64,000 bases of DNA from a virus (lineage: Duplodnaviria; Caudoviricetes). Below, one piece after another: positions 31,493 through 43,121 of this stretch (the stretch's first letter is position 1; each line of letters starts with the position of its first letter). Location: positions 32,001 through 96,000 of IMG/VR virus record IMGVR_UViG_3300013426_000016. One strand, written 5' to 3'. The notes beneath the pieces were generated by a model. It was not told the DNA's origin and ran no database searches. It saw nothing but the letters and a program-made list of their open reading frames with translations. The position numbers and the translations under genes are program-made.

Positions 31493-31879
31493 ATGTACGA
31501 TTTAGTAGATTTATTTTTTAGTACGTCTTTTAAGAAAATAGAAAAAGGGCATTGTAAAGTATATCTAGATATAGATCCAACGTATAATTCTGTCTATATA
31601 GGATTTGCAGGAGAAAAAGATTGGAAACGCCCTTATTCACACAAAAAAGACCTACTAACAGAAGCCCATAAACAGAACCCTAATCGAAGAGTATTTAGTA
31701 TCGAAGGGCTGTCTTATAAAAATGCTAGAGTATTAGAAGCATTTCTTATAAAATATGGACAAGAAAAATATGGTTTAACAAAACCAAAAGGCGAAATTAA
31801 AGAAAACATTCTCCTAAATAAAAGAAGAGAAAGAGTATGAGAGAAGTATATAGAAGAAACGTTAGTAATTTCTTCTTAA
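31493..31879 (+). CDS. small GIY-YIG-like protein (code 4)
   Basis: KVY...VYIG...KRPYSH...LEAFLI...LLNK. Confidence 0.55.
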
Positions 31880-31920
31880 TAAATTAAACACTTTTATGTT
31901 TAACTTTAAATTTTTTAAAA

Positions 31921-34900
31921 ATGCAAGTAATTAAAAGAGACAAAACTATCCAAGAGTTTGATTTTAATAAAATTGTTACAGCTTTAAATAAAGCTTTTGG
32001 AAAGGAACAATGATTTAATGAAGATGGAGATTTAGTAACGATTCTAGTACAAGAAGATATTAATAGTGCTTTAAATGCTTTGGAATCTCCTTATCACATA
32101 GAAGATATACAAGATGCTGTAGAGAATGCTTTGATGGCAAATCGCTGTTTTAGTGTTGCTAAAAAGTATATTTTGTATAGAGAGAAACATGCACAAATAA
32201 GAAAAGAGGTTGAGAAAAATTTACAATTTATAAATAAATTTATTTCTTCAGATAACACTGCAAATGCTACTATAGACGATAATTCTAATGTTAGTAATCA
32301 TAATATTGCTGTTTTAAATGCTGAAATACATAAAGAAAATAATCAAAATACAAATTATAGACTTTTAGAGGATACTATAAAACAACTATATCCAGATTTT
32401 GATTACAAACAATTTATAAAAGATTGTAATTCAATTTGTTATGTACATGATTCAAGTTCTCAAATTGGAATGCCTTATTGTGTCGCTATTACTATGTATC
32501 CTTTTCTTACAGAGGGTATTAAAAAACTTGGAGGACTTTCCGCAAAACCAGAATCCCTAGAAAGTTTTTGTGGAATATTTATAAATATGGTTTTTGCTAT
32601 AGCGTCTCAATATAAAGGTGCTGTTGCAACGCCGGGTTTTCTTTTATGTATGGATTGGTTTTGTAGGCAAGAATGGGGAGATGATTATATTTATCATTTA
32701 GATAAAGTTGTTTCTTTAGGAAAGAAAAATCGTACTATTGAGTCTCAAATTGTTCAATATTTTCAACAAATAACATTCAGTATCAACCAACCCGCATCGG
32801 CACGCGGAGGGCAATCAGTTTTCTGGAATTGTTCGATCTTTGATAAAGAATTTTATAATACAATGTATGGAGATTTCTTTTTTCCAGATGGAACTGCTCC
32901 AGTTTGGGAAACCTTTAATTGGTTGCAAAAAAAGTATTTGCATTGGCTCAACCAAGAGCGTTTAAAAACTCTTTTAACATTTCCAGTAGTTTCTGTAGCT
33001 TTAATTTATAGGAATAATCAATTTGTAGACCAAGAGTTATTTGAATATGCCTGTCAAGAGTATTCTGAAGGAAATTCATTCTTTACATATATAAATGATT
33101 CTCCGGAAAGCTTAAGTTCATGCTGCTTTTCAAAAGACCAAAAGATTTTATGGAAATCTTCAACATCTGGAGTTCATTTAACTACCTTCGAAGAATTTAA
33201 AAATCTTCCATATAGTGGAAATAAAGAAAATTTTAAAATATTTCATAATGGAAGTTGGGTAAAAGGAAAATTTGTAGAACTTCCAAATAGAAAAATGTAT
33301 GAAGTTACTACATTTAATAATAAGAAAATTGTTGTAACAGATAATCATCTTAATCCAACTCTAAGAGGTGATATTCCAACTTCTGAATTAACGATAAATG
33401 ATTATTTACTTTTTAATCAACAGCCTACAAATGCAATTTCTGAAAACGATGAACACTTAACATACGAACAGGGGTTTGTAATTGGAACGTTTTTAGGAGA
33501 TGGAAATTTTGGTTCTGAGCAAAATGGAGTAATTTATGATATTAATCTCTCTTTAAATTTGGAAAAGCATAAAAAATGCATGGAAATGTTGGATATTGCA
33601 AACCAACAAGTGGGTGGGCAAAATAAGCCATATCTTGCTTCTATATATAATAATGTTTATCCAGTTAGACTTTCTTCTAAAGAATTAGTAGCATTTATTA
33701 CAAAATGGACTAATTGGAAAAGAGGGACTTATGCTTTTAATAAAGAACTAAATCTTAATTGTTTGTTACAATCTCTTGATTTTAGAAAAGGTATTTTAGA
33801 TGGGTGGTACGCTACGGATGGAGGAAATTCAAATCGTTGTTATACAACTTCTCCAAAACTTGCAGAATGTATGGAGGTATTAATTACTTCTCTTGGACTT
33901 AATTCAATTATTGATATTTCAGATCGTACTGACGAAGCGGTTATTATTAGAGGGGAAGTGTATAAACGAAATTATCCTTTATATTGTGTTCGTTGGTACG
34001 AACCTGCAAATCATCGCAAAAATAAGGATACTGAGAATTCTTGGATTAAAAAGAATAATTCTATTTACTTTAAAATCAAGGATATACATGAAATAGAATA
34101 TTCTGAAAATGTATATTGTTTTGAATGCAGTGAACAAGAGCCTTATTTTACTCTTCCGAATGGTATAATTACTCATAACTGTCGTCTTTCTTCTAAAATT
34201 TCAAAACCACAATTTAATTTTACAAATGGACAAATAGGGGAAATGACTGGTAGTCAGAACGTTATAACACTCAACTTAAATAGAATCGTTCAAGATTGGT
34301 ATAATACATTAGATACTGAAATCGCATTTAAAGAGAAGAGAGGGAAACCTTCTCCACATTTTATTGGAAGTCTCTTAATTACTGACAGAGAGTATCAAGA
34401 AAATTTACAAACTTATCTGATTGAAATTCTAGAAAGAATTTATAAATACCAAACAGCATATAATACATGTCTTAAACGCCTTTTGGAAGCAGGTCTATTA
34501 ACTACTTATACAGCAGGATTTATCGATCTTAAAAAACAATATTTAACTATAGGTATTAATGGATTAAATCAAGGTGCGGAATTTCTTGGATATCAATGCA
34601 ATAAAAATGAAGCTTATAAAAGATTTTGTAATTTAATTTTTGGAACTATTAAAGAACAAAATCAACTCCATAAATCTAAGTCATTGATGTTCAATACAGA
34701 ATTTACACCGTAAATGAACGTGCGGTGTATAAACCTTTCTTAATTGACTCGAAACTCCCTAGTGGACAACGAGGCGCAAGCAGGAGAATTCCGTGCAGCG
34801 TGAGAGACTAAATAGAAAGGACGTAGAAATACGTATGTAATAGTCCGAACTCTATGGTAACATAGAGAGTTAATTAGAAATAATTAACCGTCTAATATAT

Positions 34901-37452
34901 AAAACATTAAAATTTATTTTGATTTTTCCTGGAGAATCGTTATATTTGTATATAAATAAATTTATATAAATATGATCGATGTTTCAAAATTAAATGGATT
35001 AAAATTAATTAAAAGTACGAGAATGGAAATGCCTAAGAACGCAACGTGTTGTGTTTGCGGTGCAACTAGACAAGAAGGAAGATTTCGAAGATTTAATGAA
35101 TATTGTATGTGTGAAAAGCATTTTATGCAAATGATTAATTATGAGAAGATTACCGATCCATCAAAACGTGTCCATAAAAAATCTAAAGAAGAATTAACTT
35201 GTTGTATTTGTGATAACCCTAAAATGGGATGTATTGATGGTAAACCTTATTGTAGAAGGCACTATATTCAAATGAGTAGGAAAGGAGAAGTTAGCGAAAC
35301 CATTTATTCTCCAAATGAGTGAATAGATTGTGGAGATTATTATGAATGCATTTTAAAAGATAAAAATGCAAAGGAAATTGCTCGTACTAAGATTGATAAA
35401 GAAGATAAAGGAAAATTTAAAAATTATAAATTGTATGCAAGGCATCAAAAAGATAAGATGTATGCCCACATTTCAGTACTAGGAACTGGACGTAAAATTG
35501 CCGTGCATAGATTTTTAATGGGACTTGGAGATGCTAAATATACAATAGATCAAGTTGTAGATCATATAAACGGAGATTCCCTAGATAATCGAAAATCTAA
35601 CCTCCGTATATGTACACAACATCAAAATGCACAAAATTTAAGGAAGAAAGGAAAAGTTGTAGGAGTTAAATTTATTAAAAAATATAACGGTAGTAACTTT
35701 TCTAAATTTTCAGCTGTTATTATGCATAATTATAAATCTATTCATTTAGGATATTTCAATACCAAGGCAGAGGCCGTATTAGCACGAATTTCATATGAAA
35801 GAAAGATTTGTGGAGAATATGGTCCGAATAGAGATTTGTTTTATATATTAGATCAGCTCTCTCCTTTGAAGGAACTTAAAAAAATGTTCCCCGAGAGCGT
35901 GTAACAGAATGGCGAATCAGCTTCGATTAAGCTTTATAATCGAGATAAAAAAGATGGATATTGGATTCCAGAAGATACAAATCTTTATGCGAGCTATATC
36001 TATAAACCAAATGACCAAAATATTTCTATTTTGGATAAAATTTATCTTCATGGTAAAGACTTTTGTGGAGATAATTTGGATGGTGGTTCTGCTGCTCATC
36101 TAAACCTCGATTCCCACTTGACAAAAGAACAGTATAAAAAGCTTTTAACTTACGCAGGAGATGTTGGATGTAAATATTTAACATTTAATGTGCCTAATTC
36201 AGAATGTCAAGACTGTGGTTTTATAACGAAAATTCCAATTACAAAATGTCCACATTGTGGTAGTACCAAAATTGACTACTACGATAGAGTGATCGGGTAA
36301 AATGTTAATTGCCCCCATTGTAGGTGACTACAATGGAAAACGCCGAATTTGCTGGAAACCCCTAAGAGCCCATTTGCCTATATGGAGAGAAATCAGAAAC
36401 AAGTAATGGGATGGTTCATGATGTAAGTCTAAAAACAGATATAATGGGAAATCAGCAGACACTATTAAAAATAGGACTAAAATATTTGTGTATTCGCACA
36501 AAATTTTATATATTTATATAGGGTTTCAACGACTACCAAGGCGCACCATAAGTGGTGAAGGTATAGTCTATTCCTATGTTTTATTTTTAATATGTTAATG
36601 TATGAAAGAAATTAAAAAATGTGATGTATGTGGAGTTTTATCTACATATAAAAGAATTAAGTATGTAACTGAAGCTAATAAGGGTTTGTGTGATAAACAC
36701 CGTATGCAATTTTCGAATCATGGTAAATTTTTTGACACCAATTCACGTGGAGTATTCGATTTAAATGAAGTGCGTGTTTTTGAAGATTATGCAGAAATAG
36801 ACACATATGATCAGTATGGTAATATAGTTACTACTTTTAAAATAGATTTAGATAATATTGATTTAGCAAAATCCAGAAAATGAAGAACAGTTTTTAAAAG
36901 AGACAAGCCTTATTTATTTTCAGGAAACCAACATAAGGAACGAGTTTATTTCCATCGATTAATTGTTGATTGTGGAGATATGCAAGTTGATCATATTTCA
37001 GGAGACACCTCCGATAATAGAAAATCAAACCTACGACTTGTTACAATCCAAAATAATATGAAAAATTTACAAAAGAAATGTAATAATAAATCTGGAATAC
37101 GAGGGGTTTCTTTTGACACAAAAAGACAAGTTTGAAAAGTTGATTTCTCATATGAAAAGAAGCGAATTTATCCGCATTCATTTCATAAAAAGGAAGAGGC
37201 AGTCTACTGTAGATATTTACTTGAAAAAACCTTATTAAAAGAATATAGAAACACTTCTAATGATTCTGAATATGAAAAATATATAAAAATGTTATCCGAA
37301 TCTCAAAAACACGACATACAAGAACATGTTAAAGATAAAATAGCGAAAGCTAAGGTATAAAAGATTTAACTAAAATAAAAAATTGGAGTGCTGGAAGACA
37401 ACAAGAGCAAAAAACCAGAGTTTACTCACATATAACAGAAGAAATTAAATAA
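31921..37452 (+). CDS. nrdD: anaerobic (class III) ribonucleotide reductase with one intein and two introns
   Basis: ATP cone (MQVIKRD); exons 31921-34711, 35912-36298 and 37364-37452; PYC, SSC|CRL, EFTP|CES, CxxC..CxxC, RVIG|YLT..WS.GRQ.E. Confidence 0.95.
33124..34179 (+). mobile_element. intein with LAGLIDADG endonuclease in NrdD (352 aa)
   Basis: Starts CFSKD and contains VTDNH, IGTFLGDG and LDGWYATDG; ends ITHN before the +1 Cys. Confidence 0.95.
34712..35911 (+). mobile_element. group I intron 6 in nrdD
   Basis: 8-bp P1 TACACCGT/GCGGTGTA; GAGACTA ... TAATAGTCC core; terminal G35911. Confidence 0.9.
34972..35904 (+). CDS. intron-encoded HNH/AP2 homing endonuclease (code 4)
   Basis: VHRF...VVDHINGDSLDNRKSNLR, IHLGYF..KAEA; N-terminal Zn motifs. 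Confidence 0.9.
36299..37363 (+). mobile_element. group I intron 7 in nrdD glycyl-radical loop
   Basis: P1 GGGT/GCCC; TGCTGGAAA, AATCAGCAG, TTCAACGACTA, AAGGTATAGTCT; terminal G37363. Confidence 0.9.
36602..37360 (+). CDS. intron-encoded HNH/AP2 homing endonuclease (code 4)
   Basis: FHRLI...VDHISGDTSDNRKSNLR...SGIRGV...W; two TGA. Confidence 0.9.
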
Positions 37453-37739
37453 TGCCAAAAATAAAGAAATATTATGTACTAAGAGCAAGATACGCTTTAA
37501 AAGAAGGAAAACGATTGCCTAAGACAACTTGGGGTTATGATTATAACTGGTTTTTACCAGCTATATGTTTGGCCTTTAAATGGATAATAAATAGGCTTAT
37601 TTTCCATACAGACGATGTTATTATATTTACAAAAAGAAAGTCTTTTACTCCTGGATATATGTGAACAGTTGGAGGTAGTATAATAGACTCAAAAACAGGA
37701 GAAAGACATAAATTTGAATTTTTAAAAAAGAAAGATTAA
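37452..37739 (+). CDS. hypothetical protein (code 4)
   Basis: Reads through TGA 37662 to TAA. Confidence 0.6.
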
Positions 37740-37743
37740 TCTT

Positions 37744-38139
37744 ATGGGACTAGATAATGGAATTAGGATAAAGGGTATGTCTGAAGAAGATTATGATAAA
37801 ATGCCCTATAAAGAGAGTGTACAGTTTTATACAGAATCCAATTGTATAGAACCAGTATACTGGAGAAAATGCTGGGGACTTCGAGAAGTAATACTCGATG
37901 TTCTCCATATGAAAAATGATGAGTATAAGAAAGAAATAGACCCAGAGGATATTCCAGCAATTATAAGAAAATTGAAACCTTTCCTTTCTCGTGATTACTG
38001 GGATGAATATGCAGACTCTATTTGGGAATATGATGAATACTTCGATGTTGTTTATAAACAACTAGTATTTCTCGAATGGTTTAAAGTATATTATAAAGAC
38101 CATCCTAATCTAGAAGTTTATTTTTACGATAGTTATTAA
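37744..38139 (+). CDS. hypothetical phage protein
   Basis: MGLD...YWRK...FYDSY pattern. Confidence 0.75.
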   Translation: MGLDNGIRIKGMSEEDYDKMPYKESVQFYTESNCIEPVYWRKCWGLREVILDVLHMKNDEYKKEIDPEDIPAIIRKLKPFLSRDYWDEYADSIWEYDEYFDVVYKQLVFLEWFKVYYKDHPNLEVYFYDSY

Positions 38140-38140
38140 T

Positions 38141-38341
38141 ATGAATATTGTAGTATTGAATTATGCTACTGGTGATGTAGATTATATTTCTAATTTACCA
38201 GAAGGTTTGCAAGTAGAAGCTATTGATAGTATCTTAGAATTAATGTATCATTACAGTGAAATTTCTTGGATGACTGTAGATAACTTTAAAGTAAATAACT
38301 ATACATATAACCAAAAAACTGGAGAATTTGAACATGTTTAA
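38141..38341 (+). CDS. hypothetical protein
   Basis: ORF in gene run. Confidence 0.65.
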   Translation: MNIVVLNYATGDVDYISNLPEGLQVEAIDSILELMYHYSEISWMTVDNFKVNNYTYNQKTGEFEHV

Positions 38342-38717
38342 AAAGTATATAAGAGTTGGTAATATCGAAGCGAGGAATCCTACTTATTTAGATGATAGAG
38401 AAACTAAAGATATTGATATAGTATGCTGGGAACCAAATTCTTATTATGGTAAAGAAGATGAGTACCTTTGGGATGAGGATGGTATAGCACATCCTAGAAA
38501 TAGACCTTATATTTATATTTACCCAAGCTGTTTTAAAAATCCAGAGACTTGCTATACAGTAGCTACTTTTATATATAATGAAAAGGAACCTTGTTATAAT
38601 TTGACTTATACGGGATTTAGACCATTTGAGCTTTCAGAAAAAGATGCACAAGACTTTTCATATATACTAAAATACTTGTATAAAGTACTTAAATACGAAT
38701 TAAAAGAGGATGATTAA
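38328..38717 (+). CDS. hypothetical protein
   Basis: ORF in gene run. Confidence 0.7.
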   Translation: MNMFKKYIRVGNIEARNPTYLDDRETKDIDIVCWEPNSYYGKEDEYLWDEDGIAHPRNRPYIYIYPSCFKNPETCYTVATFIYNEKEPCYNLTYTGFRPFELSEKDAQDFSYILKYLYKVLKYELKEDD

Positions 38718-39198
38718 ATATGTAGATACAATGGTTACTTTTAGAGAGATCCCAGATGAGATTTCTCTTTGTATAAGTATTTCTGGATGTCCAGGCCATT
38801 GTAAAAATTGTCACTCACCATATTTAGCACAAGATATAGGAGAGATTCTTAACAAAGAGTCTCTCCTTTCTCTTATAAAGCAGAATGCAGGAATTACTTG
38901 TGTTGTCTTTATGGGAGGAGATCAGGCTCCTAATAGTATTTCTTGACTTGCTAAATGTGTAAAAGAAGATTACCCAGATTTAAAAGTGGGTTGGTATTCT
39001 GGAAAAGAAAATCTTTCTTCAGAAATAGATTTAAATTATTTTGATTATATAAAAATAGGACCATATAAAGAAGAGTTGGGAGGTCTTGATAAACCTACTA
39101 CTAATCAGCGTTTATATGCCTATAATCCCGCTTATTCAGATTTTACAATAGATAAAAGTTGGAAAGATATAACTTATAAATTTTGAAAAAATGATTAA
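38710..39198 (+). CDS. nrdG: anaerobic RNR activating radical SAM enzyme (code 4)
   Basis: EIPDEISL, CPGHCKNCH, FMGGD, WYSG, IKIGPY, TTNQRLY; two TGA. Confidence 0.92.
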
Positions 39199-39397
39199 TA
39201 TATTTATAAAGAAAGGTTGGAAACTTAACCCTAATGAAAAGATAGTAAACTCTATCATTACAAGATGTGAAGCAAATAATGGAGAATGCCCTTGCCATAA
39301 TCCCGGTTTTTCTAGAGAAGACAGGCTTTGCCCTTGTAAGGAGTATAGAGAAAACGATATTTGTCATTGCACACTTTATATAAAAGATGAGAAATAG
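39191..39397 (+). CDS. ferredoxin-thioredoxin reductase catalytic-subunit-like protein
   Basis: LNP...CPC...CPC...CHC.LY signature. Confidence 0.85.
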   Translation: MINIFIKKGWKLNPNEKIVNSIITRCEANNGECPCHNPGFSREDRLCPCKEYRENDICHCTLYIKDEK

Positions 39398-39752
39398 TGA
39401 ATTACAAAAACTTCTTAGCCAGTATCCAGGTGATTATGATGTCTGCTTGGACTCGGCTTATCCTTGGGATACGCAAATAAAACTTGTAGATCCATACTTT
39501 TTTATTGATAATGATAATGGCCAAATTGAGTTGTCAGTCTCAGAAAAAGATGAGGTTTCTTTTTGGCATCTAATAAAGGATACTCCAGAAGAAAATAGAA
39601 TGTGTTTGTGTAAGAAAAATCTTATATCACCTGTAACAGTAGGTATATACACAACTCCTAAGAAAGTATGGCTTGAGTATACAACTCTAAAAGAAATACC
39701 ATATGAAGAATTTAAATATTGGGCATATTTGCCTGCTATTGACTGTATATAA
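39387..39752 (+). CDS. hypothetical protein
   Basis: ORF in gene run; ends YWAYLP. Confidence 0.65.
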   Translation: MRNSELQKLLSQYPGDYDVCLDSAYPWDTQIKLVDPYFFIDNDNGQIELSVSEKDEVSFWHLIKDTPEENRMCLCKKNLISPVTVGIYTTPKKVWLEYTTLKEIPYEEFKYWAYLPAIDCI

Positions 39753-39800
39753 ATTACAGTTATTAAATATTTTACAAAATTTATCTTTAATTATTTTATT

Positions 39801-40277
39801 ATGCGCGTAAAACTTAAGAAACTTAATGATAAGGCAATAATGCCAGATAAGAAGAAACCAGGAGATTTTTGTTATGATGTAGTTGCAACAGAAGAAAAAG
39901 AAGTTGCCCCTAACGTATGGCAATATAAGCTTGGTTTTGCTTATGAATTAGATGATAATGATTTTCGTCTTAAGAACTGGAACAAGACAGCTCCGGGGGA
40001 AAAGATGAATGTATGTATAAGTTTTCGTCCTAGATCCAGCGTTTGGAAGACAGGAATGGTGCTGAGTAATTCAATAGGCACATTAGATGAATTTTATCGC
40101 GGCGAGGTGATGGCTGTATTCTATCATGTAATGCCTAATATGCCACGTTATAAAGTAGGAGACCGTATAGGACAAATCTATCTTAGTACCGCACTCCCTA
40201 TGCAATTTGAATGGGTAGACGAAATTAATATGGATACTGAGCGTGGAGAAGGTGGATTTGGAAGCACTGGAAAATAA
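39801..40277 (+). CDS. dut: dUTPase
   Basis: RPRSS, GTLDEFYRGE, GDRIGQ, TERGEGGFGSTG. Confidence 0.95.
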   Translation: MRVKLKKLNDKAIMPDKKKPGDFCYDVVATEEKEVAPNVWQYKLGFAYELDDNDFRLKNWNKTAPGEKMNVCISFRPRSSVWKTGMVLSNSIGTLDEFYRGEVMAVFYHVMPNMPRYKVGDRIGQIYLSTALPMQFEWVDEINMDTERGEGGFGSTGK

Positions 40278-40284
40278 AATAAAT

Positions 40285-40644
40285 ATGGAACAAAGAAATC
40301 TTACATTTGAAGAATTTTGTAAACTCCTAAGCGGAGAAGATATTACAAAGAAAGAAAAAGATTATTCTAAAGTAGAAGATTATCTTAATTCTACATACCC
40401 AGATATTCAAACTTCTGATGATCACGGATGTAATCTATCTACATTCTGTAATGGAAATCGAGTATTAAATGCTACTGCGTATATTCCTTTTGAAAGACAA
40501 TTTAATGATGGATATACATATGGAGTAAAAGAAAGACAATTGCTTTGGGTATTAGCTATGCGTTATAGGGACTACCCAAAGAAGTTAAAGCTTGTTAAAG
40601 ATCTTTTATATTTGGAATTAAATGACGAAAAGGGAACTGTTTAG
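40285..40644 (+). CDS. hypothetical protein
   Basis: ATG 40285 follows the dut stop codon. Confidence 0.65.
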   Translation: MEQRNLTFEEFCKLLSGEDITKKEKDYSKVEDYLNSTYPDIQTSDDHGCNLSTFCNGNRVLNATAYIPFERQFNDGYTYGVKERQLLWVLAMRYRDYPKKLKLVKDLLYLELNDEKGTV

Positions 40645-40784
40645 AAGTCTTACTAAAGCACAACGAAAGGAGGTTCAGAACCTCCTTAGTAAGGCTTATT
40701 ATGAAGGTTATTTACTAGGAAAAGAAGACTCTAACGTAGTAAATAAACTTAAATATTAATTTTAGCAGAAAAAGATATGAGGCG

Positions 40785-41042
40785 ATGACGAAAGAAGAAT
40801 TTAAAAATTATATAATTAGATATGTAAATACAGAAAAAACTATACAAGAACTAAAAAATAAATATGGTGTAGATTTAACAAATTCTAAATTTTCTAATTT
40901 TTATAATGAGTATAATTACTTGCTACACAAATTATTATCTTCTTTATTTGGGGAAACGAAAGCTTTTTTAATAGAGGATTATTGTTTTGAACAAACGGAT
41001 CTTTCTTTTTCTGAATTATGTAAATTATTAAATATAGAATAA
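40785..41042 (+). CDS. hypothetical protein
   Basis: ORF in gene run. Confidence 0.65.
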   Translation: MTKEEFKNYIIRYVNTEKTIQELKNKYGVDLTNSKFSNFYNEYNYLLHKLLSSLFGETKAFLIEDYCFEQTDLSFSELCKLLNIE

Positions 41043-41043
41043 T

Positions 41044-41289
41044 ATGGAAATAAAACTGACTAACGGCTGTATTTGCGATAATATTAAAATCGATAATAGA
41101 GATGCAGATGAATATAGTTGTGAAGAACTACAAAAAGTTGTATGTCGTTGTATAAATACATTACAAGACCCCAGAGATTTAATAGATATACTAAGAACCT
41201 TTTTGTATAGTAATGGAAGCTATAAAGACTTGTATACCTGCGAAGAATGCGGAGATACTGTTAGCCAATATACATATAAATTAAACTAA
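41044..41289 (+). CDS. hypothetical Cys-rich protein
   Basis: GCIC...CEECGD. Confidence 0.65.
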   Translation: MEIKLTNGCICDNIKIDNRDADEYSCEELQKVVCRCINTLQDPRDLIDILRTFLYSNGSYKDLYTCEECGDTVSQYTYKLN

Positions 41290-41295
41290 ATAATT

Positions 41296-42678
41296 ATGAA
41301 AATCTCTAAATCTAAAACATTTAAAGATGAGTACTGCGCGACTATAGTACAAATAGGAAATATAGAATCTATAGAAGGAAAGGATAGAATAGTTAAAACT
41401 ATAGTAAATGGTCTTTCTATAGTAATAGGAAAAGCAGATTTCAAAACAGGGGACTATGCTGTTTATTGTGCTAATGAAACTGTAATTAATCCTACTTATC
41501 TTAAGCAGAACTCTATGTATGATATTCCTTCTTTAAATGCAGATACTACTAAAAGAGGATATATAAATAAGGCTGGGAGACTCCGACTTATAAAACTTGG
41601 TGGTGTACCTTCTTATGGAATGCTTTTACCTGTAACAAGTATAGCAAGGTTTGTTAATGAATCTATAGAAGATGTTACTGATTTTCTTGCTTCTCATGTA
41701 GGAGAGGACTTCGATGAGATAAATAAGGAGAGATTTATACAAGTTTATGTTCCTCCTGTAAAAGAAGTACTAGTAAGAACATCTAAAGGAAAGAAGGCAG
41801 AAAAGAAACTTAAGCGGTTTAAAACTATTATCGATAATACATTTGCATTCCATTATGATACAGAAGGTCTGCAAAAGCACATGACGGATATAAAGCCGGA
41901 TGATGAAGTTTATATCTCGGTTAAGATACATGGTTCAAGTTTTATCGCTGCTAATATTCTCACGAATCTTCCAACCCCTTGGTATAAAAGACTCTGGAGA
42001 AAATATATACAACATCTCTCTCCTTATATGCAGGATTATGATCTTGTATATGCTTCAAGACACGTTATTAAAAATGAATATATAAATCCAAAACAAAAAC
42101 CAGGAGGATATTATTCTGATGATATTTGGGGATATTGGGCACAAAAAATCAAAGGTCTTATACCTAAAGATTATGAAGTATATGGAGAAATAGTTGGCTA
42201 TGGCCCTACAGGAATTCCTATTCAAACAGATTATGATTATGGGTGTCTTCCAAATACAGAAAATCCTTGTAAATTAATGATATATAGAATTACACATAAG
42301 GGTAAAGAACTAGATATTCCGGAAGTTATCAGATTTGGAAATCAGTTAAAGGAACAACTTGGAGATTGTATTATGGAGTTCCCTCTTATGTATGTAGGAA
42401 CACTTAAAGCATTGTATCCAGAAGTTCCTGTAGATAATCATTGGCATGAAAATGTTCTCGAAAAATTGAAAGTAGAAAAAAGATTTCTTATGGAAGAGAA
42501 TGAACCTTTGTGTAATAATAAAGTACCAAGAGAAGGATTTGTATTAAGAAAAGCTAATGACTCTATTGCAGAAGCTTGGAAACTAAAATGCTTTAATTTC
42601 TTGAGTAAAGAAAGTAAACGTATGGATAAAGGTGAAGTGGATTCAGAAATGTTAGAAGGTTATGAAAGTGATATTTAA
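41296..42678 (+). CDS. RNA ligase (Rnl2-like, with N-terminal OB/tRNA-binding-like domain)
   Basis: IEGKDRI..KLGGVPSYG; ligase motifs KIHGS, VYGEIVG, REGFVL, WKLK. Confidence 0.85.
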   Translation: MKISKSKTFKDEYCATIVQIGNIESIEGKDRIVKTIVNGLSIVIGKADFKTGDYAVYCANETVINPTYLKQNSMYDIPSLNADTTKRGYINKAGRLRLIKLGGVPSYGMLLPVTSIARFVNESIEDVTDFLASHVGEDFDEINKERFIQVYVPPVKEVLVRTSKGKKAEKKLKRFKTIIDNTFAFHYDTEGLQKHMTDIKPDDEVYISVKIHGSSFIAANILTNLPTPWYKRLWRKYIQHLSPYMQDYDLVYASRHVIKNEYINPKQKPGGYYSDDIWGYWAQKIKGLIPKDYEVYGEIVGYGPTGIPIQTDYDYGCLPNTENPCKLMIYRITHKGKELDIPEVIRFGNQLKEQLGDCIMEFPLMYVGTLKALYPEVPVDNHWHENVLEKLKVEKRFLMEENEPLCNNKVPREGFVLRKANDSIAEAWKLKCFNFLSKESKRMDKGEVDSEMLEGYESDI

Positions 42679-42794
42679 GGAAGAATATAAGGCTAAGCCT
42701 GTTACTAGAACATGTACAAATATGTCTAAGGAAGAAATTATTAAAATTTATGATTTAGATAACCCAGATATAGAGTGGTATAAATTTGTTGAGG

Positions 42795-43121
42795 ATGAAT
42801 AAAAAACAACTTTTTTTGCTTCCAGCAGAGACTATTTTGGAGATGTGAAATACATATATGCGATATAGGGAGAAACCTTATAAACCTTATTATATAAATG
42901 ATAAAAATACTTTAAATTTTGTATTAGAGGGGCTTACTCCACACGAAGTCCTAAAAAAAGTAGGATATGGAGATTATCGTTATTTTGATAATTATTTTAT
43001 ATTAAATGACTATCAAAATCTGGTTTCTTACCAAAATCTCGATGACTTTATAAATTATGATGAATTAATAAAGTGGATAGATGATAATCCAGAAATTGTA
43101 CATAAAGAATGGAATCTTTAA
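42795..43121 (+). CDS. hypothetical protein (code 4)
   Basis: Extends the track ORF upstream through TGA 42846. Confidence 0.65.
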
